From Gemmatimonadota bacterium (GTDB lineage Bacteria > Gemmatimonadota > Gemmatimonadetes > Palauibacterales > KS3-K002): 64,000 nucleotides of DNA. Positions 19,381-29,361 of the stretch are shown here, piece by piece; within the stretch, counting starts at the first letter, position 1; each line of letters starts with the position of its first letter. Made by a program: the position numbers and the translations under genes. Where the stretch lies: positions 96,001 through 160,000 of the forward strand of contig JBDHJS010000006.1 of assembly GCA_039586795.1 (NCBI GenBank), given 5' to 3'. The notes below the pieces were generated by a model. It had not been told where the DNA came from and did not search any database. It saw nothing but the letters and a program-made list of their open reading frames with translations.

Positions 19381-20830
19381 CCTTCGACAGCGCCTCCGCT
19401 TCAGCTTGGATCAGCTCCCACGCGCGAGTCACATGCTGCTCCGTCGTTCTTATGTTACCGATCGCCAGCCTCAGGGTGTAGCGATCGCGCAGCTTGGTAT
19501 GCGACAGGTAGATCTCGCCGCCAGCGCTCAGACGTCGGAGGAGCTCCTCGTTGAAATCGTCCAGCTCCTCGTCCTCCAACGCCGCCGGGTGCGCCCGAAA
19601 GCAGACGACGCTCAACGGTGTCGGTGCCATACGCTCGAAATTCGGATGCGCGTCTACCCAATCCGCAAACTGCGCCGCCAATCGAATGTGCTCCCGCAGG
19701 CGTTCCGCGATTCCCGCCGAGCCAAAGGCCCGCAGTACCATCCATAACTTCAGTGACCGAAATCGACGGCCCAGCGACACGCCCCAGTCCATGTAGTTCT
19801 TGATCTCAGCCTTGCTCGAATCCGTTCGCAGGTACTCCGGTACCAGACTAAATGCCCCCGTGAGCATATCCGGGTCACGGACGTAGAGCGCGCTGCAATC
19901 GATGGGAGTGAATAGCCATTTATGTGGGTTGACGACGATCGAGTCCGCGCGACCGCAGCCGTCCAGTACGTGCTGGTGTTCCGGAACGATCGCTGCCGGC
20001 CCGGCGTAGGCCGCATCGACGTGGAGCCACAGCCCCTCAGCCTCGCAGACGGTGGCGATCTCGGACACCGGGTCGATGCTGGTTGTCGAAGTCGTGCCCA
20101 CCGTCGCGGTGACGCAGAACGGCAGATGTCCGGCCTTGCGATCCTCGGCCACCGCGTCTCTCAGTGCGGCGACATCCATGCGGAAATCATCATCGCTCTG
20201 GATCTTTCGCACACCCGCCTTCCCGAGTCCCAGCACGATCGCGGCCTTCTCCACCGACGAGTGGGCCTGGTCCGAAGTGTAGAGCCGAAGCAGCGGCAGG
20301 TCCGTGCGCCCCGACATCCCTCGTTCGCGTATCTCCAGATCGGTCAGAGCGTGTCGCGCCGCGGCGATGGCGCATAGCGTGGAAGCCGAAGCCGTGTCCA
20401 TGATCACGCCTTCGAAGTCTTTGGGCAGCCCCAACAGCTGGCGCAACCAGTCGAGCGCCACTTCTTCCAGTTCCGTGGCCGCCGGCGACGTGCGCCACAA
20501 CATCCCGTTCACGTTCAGCGCCGCCGACAGCAATTCGCCGAGGATCCCCGGCGCCGAGCCCGAAACGCTGAAATAGGCAAAGAAGTTGGGATGGTTCCAA
20601 TGCGTGTTGTGAGGCACGACCAGCTTCTCGAAATCGTCGAGGATCGCATCGATCGACTCGGCCTCCACCGGAGGCGTTTCGGGCAGACTGTCTTTCAGGC
20701 ATCCGGGCTCGACCTGCGGGAGCACCGGAAAACGCTCCGGGTTCTCCAGGAACGATGCGACCCATTCGATCGCGCGTGCACCGGCGCGCTGGAAGTCCTG
20801 AAGCGGAATATCGCGGCTATTCGTCATCAC
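19373..20830 (-). CDS. PLP-dependent group II decarboxylase (aromatic-L-amino-acid decarboxylase-like)
   Basis: THWNHPNFFAYF, SPAATELE, HSSVEKA, WLHVDAAYAG, NPHKW (PLP lysine) and LGRRFRSLKLW. Confidence 0.93.
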   Translation of the reverse strand: MMTNSRDIPLQDFQRAGARAIEWVASFLENPERFPVLPQVEPGCLKDSLPETPPVEAESIDAILDDFEKLVVPHNTHWNHPNFFAYFSVSGSAPGILGELLSAALNVNGMLWRTSPAATELEEVALDWLRQLLGLPKDFEGVIMDTASASTLCAIAAARHALTDLEIRERGMSGRTDLPLLRLYTSDQAHSSVEKAAIVLGLGKAGVRKIQSDDDFRMDVAALRDAVAEDRKAGHLPFCVTATVGTTSTTSIDPVSEIATVCEAEGLWLHVDAAYAGPAAIVPEHQHVLDGCGRADSIVVNPHKWLFTPIDCSALYVRDPDMLTGAFSLVPEYLRTDSSKAEIKNYMDWGVSLGRRFRSLKLWMVLRAFGSAGIAERLREHIRLAAQFADWVDAHPNFERMAPTPLSVVCFRAHPAALEDEELDDFNEELLRRLSAGGEIYLSHTKLRDRYTLRLAIGNIRTTEQHVTRAWELIQAEAEALSKAM

Positions 20831-20961
20831 ACATCTCCACGAAACGACTGCGAAAAGCGCAATCTGATTTGCGCCGATTGGGCGGTCGGGATAGCTTCCG
20901 TCGTCTTCAAGAACCCAATACGTCGAGCCGCGCTCGACAGCAAGTGGATCGGAGTAAATCA

Positions 20962-21591
20962 GTGCCTGGAACCGATAAATATGCTCGACGCCTGGTCCCG
21001 GCGCTCCTCTTAGTCTCGGTACTCGTTGCCTGTTCGCGCTCCGATGAGGTCGGCTGGTCGGAACGGGAGATGCCTGACAGTGCGGGAGCGGACACGCTTG
21101 CCGGTGACGTGCAGGGCGACTATTGGGAGCGGGAGTATATCCGTCTGTCCACCGAGCTCAGCTCTCTAATGCAAGCGGCGATGGCGGACGAGCAGCTGCA
21201 GGCCGAGTATCAAGCACTCATCGCCGACGTCGATGAGGGAGTCGCCGAAAAGTCGTCGTTCTATCGCGGTCTGATCGACCGGCGCGAGGAGATCGAAGCG
21301 CGCTTCGCGGAGGTCGAGGAAGAGGGCAAGGTGATGACCGAGCGCGAGCGCGGTGAGTTGCGCATGCACTATCGGAACATCCTCTACGAGCTCGGTCGCA
21401 TCCGCGAGTACGAACTCCAGGCCGGCGATTTCAAGGATCAATTCTGGGAGTTCAAGGTCAAGCTGTTCGATCGGATGCGCGAGCTGGCACCGGAGCGCGC
21501 ACCGGACATCGACAAGCTTCAGGAATTGGAGCAGAGTCGGCCGCCCGACGTCGAACTGCCCGGTCACCTCCAGGCTCCACCGGAAGGCTAG
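20962..21591 (+). CDS. Hypothetical helical lipoprotein
   Basis: GTG start after GGAG, lipobox LVAC and a charged coiled-coil-like body. Start moved from the ORF-track 20755. Confidence 0.6.
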   Translation: MPGTDKYARRLVPALLLVSVLVACSRSDEVGWSEREMPDSAGADTLAGDVQGDYWEREYIRLSTELSSLMQAAMADEQLQAEYQALIADVDEGVAEKSSFYRGLIDRREEIEARFAEVEEEGKVMTERERGELRMHYRNILYELGRIREYELQAGDFKDQFWEFKVKLFDRMRELAPERAPDIDKLQELEQSRPPDVELPGHLQAPPEG

Positions 21592-21601
21592 CGAATTGAT
21601 G

Positions 21602-21643
21602 AAAACGGGCCGGGCTGCCGTTGGAGGCTGCCCGGCCCGTTTT
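21602..21643. terminator. Bidirectional intrinsic terminator between convergent genes
   Basis: Perfect 14-bp IR aaaacgggccgggc / gcccggcccgtttt, including the terminal A and T runs. Confidence 0.8.
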
Positions 21644-21659
21644 GGTTTGTGCCGCCGCC

Positions 21660-23750
21660 TCAGTCGCGTTTCAACTTCCGGTCGAAGAAGTCCGCCGCCG
21701 CCTCATAAGCCGCCAGCCAGTGCGCATGCGTCAGGAAGCCGTGAACCTCGTCTGGGAAGATGAGCTGCTCGAATTCCACGCCACGGACCCGCAGCGCCAT
21801 GACCAGGTCGACCGTTTCGCTGAACGGGACATTGCGGTCGTCGTCTCCGTGGATCAACAGGACCGGCGATCGCCAGGTATCGATGTCGGCCATCGGTGAC
21901 GACGCAAACGCCGCGTCCGCTACCTCTGGGAACCTCAGCGTGTCGTAGGCCGGGTAGAAGTTCTGGATCACCATGTTCCAATCGTGCACGCCGTGCACGT
22001 CGACACCAGCCGCGAACAGATCCGACGCCCGGGCCAACCCCAACGCTGTCAGGTACCCACCGTACGAGCCGCCCCACAAACCGATCGCGTTCGGGTCCAC
22101 ATCGTCCCGAGCCCGCAAGTACAGCCCCGCGCCCAAGACGTCGTTGAATTCACTGGCCCCATTGGCGCCGTAGTTGAGCGCCTCGCGGAATTCCATACCA
22201 TAACCGATTCCGCTTCGGTAGTTCACTGACAGCACGATATAGCCGCGGCTGGCCAGGTACTGGTTCAACGCGTAAGCGTTGTGATAGTACCCGCGATAGT
22301 GCCAGCCCAGTACCATCTGGCGACGCGAGCCGCCGTGGAAGAACAACACGGCAGGATATCGCTCTCCGCGCCGCGTCCGCGGCGGCATGAACAGCTGTCC
22401 ATGAATCGGCATCCCATCCGCCGCCGGGAAAATCACCTGCTGCGGGACAACCAGCGTGGCGCTCGGGAAGTCACCGGGGATCGCGTCAGGCGCCAGATCG
22501 CGTATGTCACCGTCGACCAGCAGCGCCGGTCGGGCAGGTGAGCGGGCGTCAGAGCGCAGAAAAGCGATCGCCGCTCCGTCGGCGGTCTCCACCGCGGACC
22601 ATTCGATGCCGTCGCCCCGGGTCAATTGGGTTGGTGAGCCGCCAGAGGCGGAGACGCTCCACAGGTTCCGTCGATCGATGTCGCCCTGGTTCGAATTGAA
22701 GATGATCTCACCACCATCGGCGCTCAGCGCTGCGTACTGAACCTCGAACTCGCCTGGCGTCAGCAGCCTGGCGTCTCCACCGTTCGCCGGCACCGAGTAC
22801 AGTAGCGTCCAGCCGTTCTTCTCCCACGGGAAGACGATCCGATCGCCAGACCATAGCAGTTGATTCGATGCCACTACCCCACGAAATACGCTCCCTACAC
22901 CGGGGTCGGCTCGCCAGATTTCTCGCGACGCGGCGCTCTCCACATCGGCGACGCGAATCGACCACGGTTCGCCGCTTCGCCGCTCGACGAAGGGTACGGG
23001 CCGCCGGGCCGCCGCCGTGCGGATGAATGCGATCCTGGCTCCGTCCGGCGACCAGACGGGATTGTTGTCCCGGTCCACCGAAGGGTCGAGCCAGGTGATC
23101 CGCTCGCTTCCCCGGTCGAACACGCCGATGAAGGCGTGATCGCCGCGAGAGCTGACGAACGCCAACTTCGAGCCGCCGGGCGACCAGCGCAGCGACCCGA
23201 GGCCGCCGCGCGCCTTGATCCACGCCTCGGGTTCTCCGCCCTCCAGGGTCACTTTCCAGATGGCGCCGCTCTTCAGGTAGGCGACAACGTTGCCGGTGGG
23301 CGCCACCGATGGCGATGCGCCTTCCGCCAGAACGCGCGGTTCGCCGCCCGCCGTGTCCACGATCATGATCTCACGTGTCACGCCTTCCGGAAGGCTCAGG
23401 GGATTTGGATACTCGCCGCTGCGGTTCGTCCCACCACCGCGGACGAACACGATCGATGCGCCGTCCGGCGTCCACTGCAGGTTGGAGATCGCCTGGCCGT
23501 CGTCTTCCTCATACGTGGTGAGTTGGCGAGCAGCGAAATCGGGCCCTCGGGCCATCCAGATGTTCCTTACGCCGCGCTCGTTGAACACCCACGCCACGGC
23601 TGATCCCGTCGGCGCCGCTACCAGGTCGCTGGGGAACGGCGAACTCATCACCTGTTGGACCGTGAAGCGTTCCTGGGCCAAAGCTTGGCCGGCTAACGCG
23701 GACACGGCGATCAACGTGAGCGCTATCGATCTGCCTCCAGGCTGCCGCAT
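21660..23750 (-). CDS. S9 family (prolyl oligopeptidase/DPP IV-like) serine peptidase
   Basis: Signal peptide, TolB-like beta-propeller repeats and the GGSYGG / DDRNV / DEVH catalytic triad. Start at ATG 23750 after GAGGAGG. Confidence 0.9.
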   Translation of the reverse strand: MRQPGGRSIALTLIAVSALAGQALAQERFTVQQVMSSPFPSDLVAAPTGSAVAWVFNERGVRNIWMARGPDFAARQLTTYEEDDGQAISNLQWTPDGASIVFVRGGGTNRSGEYPNPLSLPEGVTREIMIVDTAGGEPRVLAEGASPSVAPTGNVVAYLKSGAIWKVTLEGGEPEAWIKARGGLGSLRWSPGGSKLAFVSSRGDHAFIGVFDRGSERITWLDPSVDRDNNPVWSPDGARIAFIRTAAARRPVPFVERRSGEPWSIRVADVESAASREIWRADPGVGSVFRGVVASNQLLWSGDRIVFPWEKNGWTLLYSVPANGGDARLLTPGEFEVQYAALSADGGEIIFNSNQGDIDRRNLWSVSASGGSPTQLTRGDGIEWSAVETADGAAIAFLRSDARSPARPALLVDGDIRDLAPDAIPGDFPSATLVVPQQVIFPAADGMPIHGQLFMPPRTRRGERYPAVLFFHGGSRRQMVLGWHYRGYYHNAYALNQYLASRGYIVLSVNYRSGIGYGMEFREALNYGANGASEFNDVLGAGLYLRARDDVDPNAIGLWGGSYGGYLTALGLARASDLFAAGVDVHGVHDWNMVIQNFYPAYDTLRFPEVADAAFASSPMADIDTWRSPVLLIHGDDDRNVPFSETVDLVMALRVRGVEFEQLIFPDEVHGFLTHAHWLAAYEAAADFFDRKLKRD

Positions 23751-23910
23751 GGCTGCCTCCTCATTGGAGAGTTCGTGCACCGTGGAATGACTAGGATTTA
23801 GCGTGCCCGGTAGGAGCGGCGCAACGGTGGACGGATGCTCGCGCGCCGCGGCCTGGCACCACATCTTGTAAAGTTCGACCACCCACAGGCCAGCGCAAAG
23901 GAGTGGAGAG

Positions 23911-24828
23911 ATGCGTACGGTGCTCATCGCTTTCGTCATCGTTCTGACCGCAGTGGGTCAACCGGCAGCGCAGCAGGTCGCGGACACCACGTTCGTGCCC
24001 GAAATAGCCGCTCCCGCCTACTCGGAAGGTGAAGGCCCGGTCGTCTTGATCGATGAGGCGCACCACAACTTCCACACCGCCAGCGGTCGTTACTTTGCCT
24101 TCGCCAGGCTCTTGGGGCGCGACGGATACGTCGTGCGGCCTTCCGACCAACGCTTCACGGCCGCGGTGCTGGGCGCGGCGGATATCCTGGTGATCTCCAA
24201 TGCGCTGGCTGAACAGAATGTGGAGGATTGGTCGTTGCCCAATCCGTCGGCCTTCGACGATGATGAGATCCTTGCTGTCAGAGAGTGGGTACGCGACGGC
24301 GGATCGTTGTTCCTCATAGCCGATCACATGCCGATGCCCGGCGCTGCCGAGAAGCTGGCCGCCGTCTTCGGTCTGTACTTCAACAACGGTTTCGCCTTCG
24401 ACACCGCTCAGGATGGGGGCGCGCTCATCTTCCGTCGTTCCGACGGGTCCCTGGTCGATCACGCCATCCTCAACGGCCGTGGACCGGACGAACGCATCGA
24501 CTCCGTTGCCTCCTTCACGGGACAGGCGTTCCGAGCCGTGCCCTCGGCGGAGCCGCTGATGCTGCTCCCCAACACGGTCGTCCTGCTGATGCCTGTCGAA
24601 GCCTGGGAGTTTTCGGATCAGACTCCGCGCCTCTCCGCCGCCGGCATGTTGCAGGGTGCCGTGCTGCGATATGGCGAAGGCCGCGTCGCCGCTTTCGGCG
24701 AAGCGGCCATGTTCACCTCCCAGATGTCAGGGGACGAAAGCTTCGGGATGAGCCTGCCTGTGGCGGCGCACAACGCCCGCTTCCTGATCAACATCATGCA
24801 CTGGCTATCGGGATTGCTGGGCGACTGA
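23911..24828 (+). CDS. Secreted GATase-like/DUF4350-type protein
   Basis: Signal peptide, VLIDEAHHNFH, WVRDGGSLFLIADH, GRVAAFGE and NIMHWL. Confidence 0.7.
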   Translation: MRTVLIAFVIVLTAVGQPAAQQVADTTFVPEIAAPAYSEGEGPVVLIDEAHHNFHTASGRYFAFARLLGRDGYVVRPSDQRFTAAVLGAADILVISNALAEQNVEDWSLPNPSAFDDDEILAVREWVRDGGSLFLIADHMPMPGAAEKLAAVFGLYFNNGFAFDTAQDGGALIFRRSDGSLVDHAILNGRGPDERIDSVASFTGQAFRAVPSAEPLMLLPNTVVLLMPVEAWEFSDQTPRLSAAGMLQGAVLRYGEGRVAAFGEAAMFTSQMSGDESFGMSLPVAAHNARFLINIMHWLSGLLGD

Positions 24829-24938
24829 AGACCACCGGACGAGGCTCCGATGTTGCCGGAGGTTCCTCCTTCCATTTAGCTTGCGCCACGCAACGACCGA
24901 CCTGCGGTCGATGGTTACCTTGTCTAACGGGAGTCTCG

Positions 24939-26069
24939 ATGGCTGTATTCCGGGCCGCGCGGCATCTGGTAGGGCTCTACGCTCTGTGCTCGCTGACCGC
25001 CGTGCTCCATCCCATCGCCGCCAGCGCTCAGCCGTCGGCCGGTCGCTTCACCGTCCCTGACGGATTCCGGGTGAGCCTCTACGCCGATAGTCTTGGTGGG
25101 CCATGGGGCCTGACGTTTGGGCCCGATAGCCAGCTCTACGTTTCTCTTCGTGGCGACGGCGCCGTCGTTCGTCTGGTCGACGAAGACAACGATGGGGTCG
25201 TCGACTCCATCGCGACCGTGGCCATTGGCCTGAACGCGCCGGCCGGCATCGCGTTCTTGGGTGTGGATCTTTGGGTGGCGGAAGCATCGCGCCTCACCCG
25301 GGTGATGGGTGCTGCCTCCGAGATGCCCGAGCTCGATACTGTCCCGGCGGTCGAGTTTCCAGACGGCGATAACCTTCCCGCCAGTTTGTTGCTGGAGCCC
25401 TCCGCGCTCGCGTTCTATGTTTCGGTCGGCGCCGATTGTGATGCCTGCGATACCGACGACGGGCGGCGCGCGACGGTGCTGCGCTACGACACCGCCGAGA
25501 GGAATGTTAGAGTGTGGGCTCGAGGCCTCCGTCATGCGGCCGGCCTCGCCCTGAACCCGGCCACCGGTGAATTGTGGGCGACCGAGAGCGGGCGTCGCGG
25601 CTTGGGCGCCGACGTACCCACCGACGAACTGAACACGGTTCATCCCGGTCGCGATTATGGCTGGCCCTACTGCCATGGGCCGCGCGTGGCCGCGCCGGAG
25701 TACGCCGACCCCCGGCGCTGCGACCGCACTGAGAGCCCGGCGTTCATGTTCCCGGCGCGATCGAGGCCCCTGGGCATTGTGCTATACTCCGGCGATACCT
25801 TCCCCACGGATTTTCGTGGCGATGCCTTCATCGCGCTGGGCGGCTCGCCGGCCGGCCTCGTCGCGCCCCAGGTTGCACGACTGCGGGTGCGCGAAGGGCG
25901 GCCCGCAACGCTGGAGCGCTTCATGACCGGTTGGGGTGCCGAGGCCGCCAGCCCTGGTTCGCCGGTGGCCCTCGCCGTTGGTCCGGACGGCTCGCTCTAC
26001 ATCGCCGACGAAGCGGCCGGCCGCGTCTGGCGGGTCGTCTACCACGGCGTCGCTGTAGACCGGCCCTGA
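24939..26069 (+). CDS. PQQ-dependent sugar/sorbosone dehydrogenase family protein
   Basis: Signal peptide, VPDGFRVSLYA, GLRHAAGLA, DELN...DYGWPYC and GPDGSLYIAD. Start moved to ATG 24939. Confidence 0.8.
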   Translation: MAVFRAARHLVGLYALCSLTAVLHPIAASAQPSAGRFTVPDGFRVSLYADSLGGPWGLTFGPDSQLYVSLRGDGAVVRLVDEDNDGVVDSIATVAIGLNAPAGIAFLGVDLWVAEASRLTRVMGAASEMPELDTVPAVEFPDGDNLPASLLLEPSALAFYVSVGADCDACDTDDGRRATVLRYDTAERNVRVWARGLRHAAGLALNPATGELWATESGRRGLGADVPTDELNTVHPGRDYGWPYCHGPRVAAPEYADPRRCDRTESPAFMFPARSRPLGIVLYSGDTFPTDFRGDAFIALGGSPAGLVAPQVARLRVREGRPATLERFMTGWGAEAASPGSPVALAVGPDGSLYIADEAAGRVWRVVYHGVAVDRP

Positions 26070-26155
26070 ACCGCCCCTAGCTCCGCCCTTTCCCAGCCGG
26101 CCCGCATCCCGTATGTTGGATGCAACCGGCTGTACCGCATTACTTTGGAGTGACG

Positions 26156-26380
26156 ATGGGAATTGGCAATTTCGGTTGGACCGAAGGCCTGCTGATCGCC
26201 TTCCTCTTCTTGCTACTCTTCGGGGCCCGCCGGCTGCCGGAGATCGGCCAGTCGTTGGGAAAGGGCATCCGCGAGTTCAAGAAGTCGCTGACCTCTTCGG
26301 ACGATGAGCCCCAGGTCGGATCCGCCGACAAGGATCCGGCTCAGGTCGAGTCGCCCAGGCAGCACGAGGAAGCCCGCTAG
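26156..26380 (+). CDS. tatA: Twin-arginine translocase subunit TatA/E
   Basis: LLLFGARRLPEIGQSLGKGIREFKK signature. Confidence 0.93.
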   Translation: MGIGNFGWTEGLLIAFLFLLLFGARRLPEIGQSLGKGIREFKKSLTSSDDEPQVGSADKDPAQVESPRQHEEAR

Positions 26381-26437
26381 GATTGTTCGGCGTCGGCCTG
26401 GCCGGCTCCGTTCGTGAAACCCTGTCTCGGACGATAG

Positions 26438-27259
26438 ATGCACGCTGCCGCGTACCTAACGTCGAGTGAGGCCCGAGACCGCCTGCAGAAGGCGCTCGGC
26501 GGTTCTTACGATCTGACCTTTGCCTCGAGTTGGTCGGATCTCGATCATCTCATCCGGCGGCTGGCGACCGAAGTCATTATCGTCGATCCCGTGCAACCGC
26601 ACGAGGCCGAGGTCGCTGCTGTCGAACGCCTTCGCGCGTACTACCCTTCGCTTCCCGTCGTCCTCTACATGCCGTTCGGTCCCGAGCTCGCCGATGCTCT
26701 CTTGAGATTGGGCAGCGTCGGCGTCCATCGCGCCGTCTTCTTCGACCACGGCGATACTGCAAAAGAGCTCAAGACGGCGGTCGAAGAAGCGCTCGCCGTC
26801 TCCGTGCCCGAACACATCTTTGGACGCATCGTCGATGGGCTGGAGCTCGTATATGGGGACGTCGACGGCGAGTTCCGCGAGATCAAGGAAGCGATCCGCG
26901 TCGCACTCAGAAACGTCGACACCATCCGCTCCGCCCTCGACTGGAGCGGCCACCTCGATCTGCCGCACCGCTCGTTCTATCGCAGCTTTAGCTCGTTCGG
27001 CCTGCCGACGCCCAAGACGTGCTTGCTGTGGCTTCGCCTGATGTACGCGGCCAAGCTGCTCGAGGACCCGGGCTACAGCCCCTACGATGTCGTTCATCGT
27101 CTCGGCTACAGCGCGCCCTCCAACTTCTGGCAGCACGTTCAGGACACGCTCGGGTTGCGCGCTTCGGAGCTGCGTTACGCGGCCACCTTCGAGACGCTGC
27201 TGCGGCGCTTTCTCTCCGACCAGATGAAGTCGCACGAGGTGAAGCGCGCCTCGGGGTAA
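26438..27259 (+). CDS. AraC-type HTH regulator with N-terminal receiver-like domain
   Basis: C-terminal WLRLMYAAKLLEDPG...VVHRLGYSAPSNF AraC HTH. N-terminal alpha/beta segment with IIVD and PVVLY. Confidence 0.75.
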   Translation: MHAAAYLTSSEARDRLQKALGGSYDLTFASSWSDLDHLIRRLATEVIIVDPVQPHEAEVAAVERLRAYYPSLPVVLYMPFGPELADALLRLGSVGVHRAVFFDHGDTAKELKTAVEEALAVSVPEHIFGRIVDGLELVYGDVDGEFREIKEAIRVALRNVDTIRSALDWSGHLDLPHRSFYRSFSSFGLPTPKTCLLWLRLMYAAKLLEDPGYSPYDVVHRLGYSAPSNFWQHVQDTLGLRASELRYAATFETLLRRFLSDQMKSHEVKRASG

Positions 27260-27417
27260 TCACGCCGTCGGAATACCGTGGCAGTATCCTCCAACCTGCT
27301 GTACTTTCCTAGACACTCGTCTTTGACCACCCACTTGTGTGACAGATCGTGCTGCTCGGTCGCGGCTTTGCCGAGCGCGAAGGTGATTCAGGAGCCATTC
27401 TCTCCGGGAGGTAGTTC

Positions 27418-27900
27418 ATGAACTCTGTGAGATATGCGGTTCTGGCCAGCACCTTGGGCATTGCCCTGGGATGTGCGCCGGCTTCCACGCCGTCCTCGTC
27501 CGAAGAAGATGTCGCCGCCATCACGCGCGCGAGCCAGGAGTGGGTAGCGGCGTTCGAAGCGGAAGATGTCCCGCGCGCGATGTCGTTCCTCGCGTCGGAT
27601 GCCGTGTTGGTGCCGCCGCACGAGCCGCCGCTTTCAGGGGCCGAGGCCATCGAAGCTTGGACTCGGCGAATGTTCGAGGCCATTACGGTCGAATCGGCGA
27701 ACACCACGGTCGACGAGGTGCGAGTGGCGGGCGATTGGGCGGTTAGTCATGGCGTATGGCAAATGTCGCTGACCATGAACGGTGTTACTGTTGGAGATAC
27801 CACTCGCTACGTACTGATCTGGGAACGTCAGGCTGACGGCCCCTGGTTGATCGTTTACGATGTCTGGAACAGCGCGCTGGCGGCAGCCGAAGGTGGATAG
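27418..27900 (+). CDS. NTF2-like (DUF4440/SnoaL-like) lipoprotein
   Basis: Lipobox ALGC, DAVLVPP...G..AI, GDWAV and IWERQADGPWLI. Confidence 0.8.
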   Translation: MNSVRYAVLASTLGIALGCAPASTPSSSEEDVAAITRASQEWVAAFEAEDVPRAMSFLASDAVLVPPHEPPLSGAEAIEAWTRRMFEAITVESANTTVDEVRVAGDWAVSHGVWQMSLTMNGVTVGDTTRYVLIWERQADGPWLIVYDVWNSALAAAEGG

Positions 27901-28369
27901 ACACGCGATCAGGAACGCCGGGGCTATTCCAACCGGCGTGAAGGTCATCATTGGTTTCCACATTCTGAATCTCCTCCTCTGGTCGTTCGGTCAGACGGGG
28001 GCCGTCTTCTTCTACGACACGGTGGCGGCCTGGGGCCTCCAGGACCCGCGGGCGCTGCTCGATCCCGCGATCGTTGAAGTCAACCGGGGGATCGGCCTGG
28101 CGGACACGCTCGTCATGTTTCCGCTATTCGCGGTAGCCGTGGTGGGGCTCGTGCGCGGGAAGTTCTTCGGGGCCGTAGCGTCGTGGCTGGTCTTCGGCAT
28201 CACTCTGTACTGGCCCGTGGTGTTCTGGACCAGTCAACTCTTTTTCAGGCGTGGCGGAATCGAGTATCGACCAACGCCAGCTGCTGCGATCGTCCTGCCC
28301 GCTGCGTTCATGCTGTTCGCGGCTTGGGGGAGCTGGTATCTGGCCAAGATCTGGCGGGAGGAGACATGA
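27893..28369 (+). CDS. Hypothetical membrane protein (~4 TM)
   Basis: Hydrophobic segments. GTG start overlaps the end of the upstream gene, and its stop overlaps the next ATG. Confidence 0.65.
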   Translation: MDRHAIRNAGAIPTGVKVIIGFHILNLLLWSFGQTGAVFFYDTVAAWGLQDPRALLDPAIVEVNRGIGLADTLVMFPLFAVAVVGLVRGKFFGAVASWLVFGITLYWPVVFWTSQLFFRRGGIEYRPTPAAAIVLPAAFMLFAAWGSWYLAKIWREET

Positions 28370-28875
28370 ATTGGGTCGCCCTGGGAGCGCTAGGGGAGAT
28401 GCTTGGTGCGGTGGGCGTCATCCTGACCCTCATCTACCTGGCGCGCCAGATTCGTCAAAACACGAGGGTCATGCGCCTGTCGACGTCGCAATCCGTGGCC
28501 ACGGCGGCGCGTGATTGGAACAGACCGCTGCTCCAGGACCCCGAGTTGGCCTGGACCTTTCAGTTGGGTACCGAAGACCCGACAAAGCTAGATCCCAAAG
28601 AGCAAGCGCGGTTCGTCGAACTCTGCTTCTCTCTGCTCAGGATGTTCGAGGATGCGCACTACCAGTATCACCAGGGCGCTCTCGACCCGGGCATCTGGGA
28701 AGGCTACGAAAAGCTGTACGCTACCTATGCGAAAGCGCCCGGATTCCAGGGGTATTGGAAGGTCCGGAAGCAGACCTTCCGGCCAGAATTCCGTGAATTC
28801 ATCGACGGGTTTGAGCCGACCGATGTCGCCACGTGGGGGACGTTGGATTGGAGATCTCTGATAGATCAGAGCTAA
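28366..28875 (+). CDS. Hypothetical protein with N-terminal TM and helical domain
   Basis: MNWVALGALGEMLGAVGVILTLIYLARQIRQN N-terminus, FEDAHYQY..G.LD..IW and PGF..YW...F.PEF. ATGA-coupled to the previous gene. Confidence 0.7.
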   Translation: MNWVALGALGEMLGAVGVILTLIYLARQIRQNTRVMRLSTSQSVATAARDWNRPLLQDPELAWTFQLGTEDPTKLDPKEQARFVELCFSLLRMFEDAHYQYHQGALDPGIWEGYEKLYATYAKAPGFQGYWKVRKQTFRPEFREFIDGFEPTDVATWGTLDWRSLIDQS

Positions 28876-28899
28876 CGCATCGAGGGTGATACTGCTGCC

Positions 28900-29346
28900 A
28901 TGAATGGGCTGGAGGTACTTCCGACTTCGTCGAGGATAATCCTCTATCTGATCCTCTTGCTGATCGCGTTCTTCACGGCGGCCGTCACCTGGGCTCAGCT
29001 CGGGTGTATCAGAGGTCGATTCTTCCAGAACCCTGACGGTACGGTCGATGACTGGCGCGAGCAGAAGATCTTCTACGGGATGGCCTGGGCCGACCTCATC
29101 GTCGCCTGCCCGTTGTCCGTCGTCGGCCTGGTATTGACGTTCACCCAACCCCGGCTCGGCCTGCTGATCATCGCTGGCGTGAGCGTGTGGTTCGTCTGGG
29201 CCAACGTCATGACGACGGTCACGAGCCTGCGTTTCGAGAAGCCGCGGATCACGCTCCAGTGGCTGTTCGTCTTTCCGTTAGGCATCCTGGTCGGTCTGGG
29301 TTACTGGATTTGGATTCTGGTTCATTTCCATCTCGTCTATGGATAG
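28900..29346 (+). CDS. Hypothetical membrane protein (~4 TM)
   Basis: Four hydrophobic segments. The GMAWADL..CPL motif resembles GIGLADT..FPL in 27893..28369. Confidence 0.65.
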   Translation: MNGLEVLPTSSRIILYLILLLIAFFTAAVTWAQLGCIRGRFFQNPDGTVDDWREQKIFYGMAWADLIVACPLSVVGLVLTFTQPRLGLLIIAGVSVWFVWANVMTTVTSLRFEKPRITLQWLFVFPLGILVGLGYWIWILVHFHLVYG

Positions 29347-29361
29347 GCCGGCGAGTGTAAC

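Noticed and set aside
21660..26069. Very long N-terminal extensions in the ORF track (S9 from 23939, GSDH from 24285; also msrP from 46754, TerB from 57242)
   Set aside because: They overlap neighbouring genes. Downstream starts with RBS and signal peptides fit the families better.
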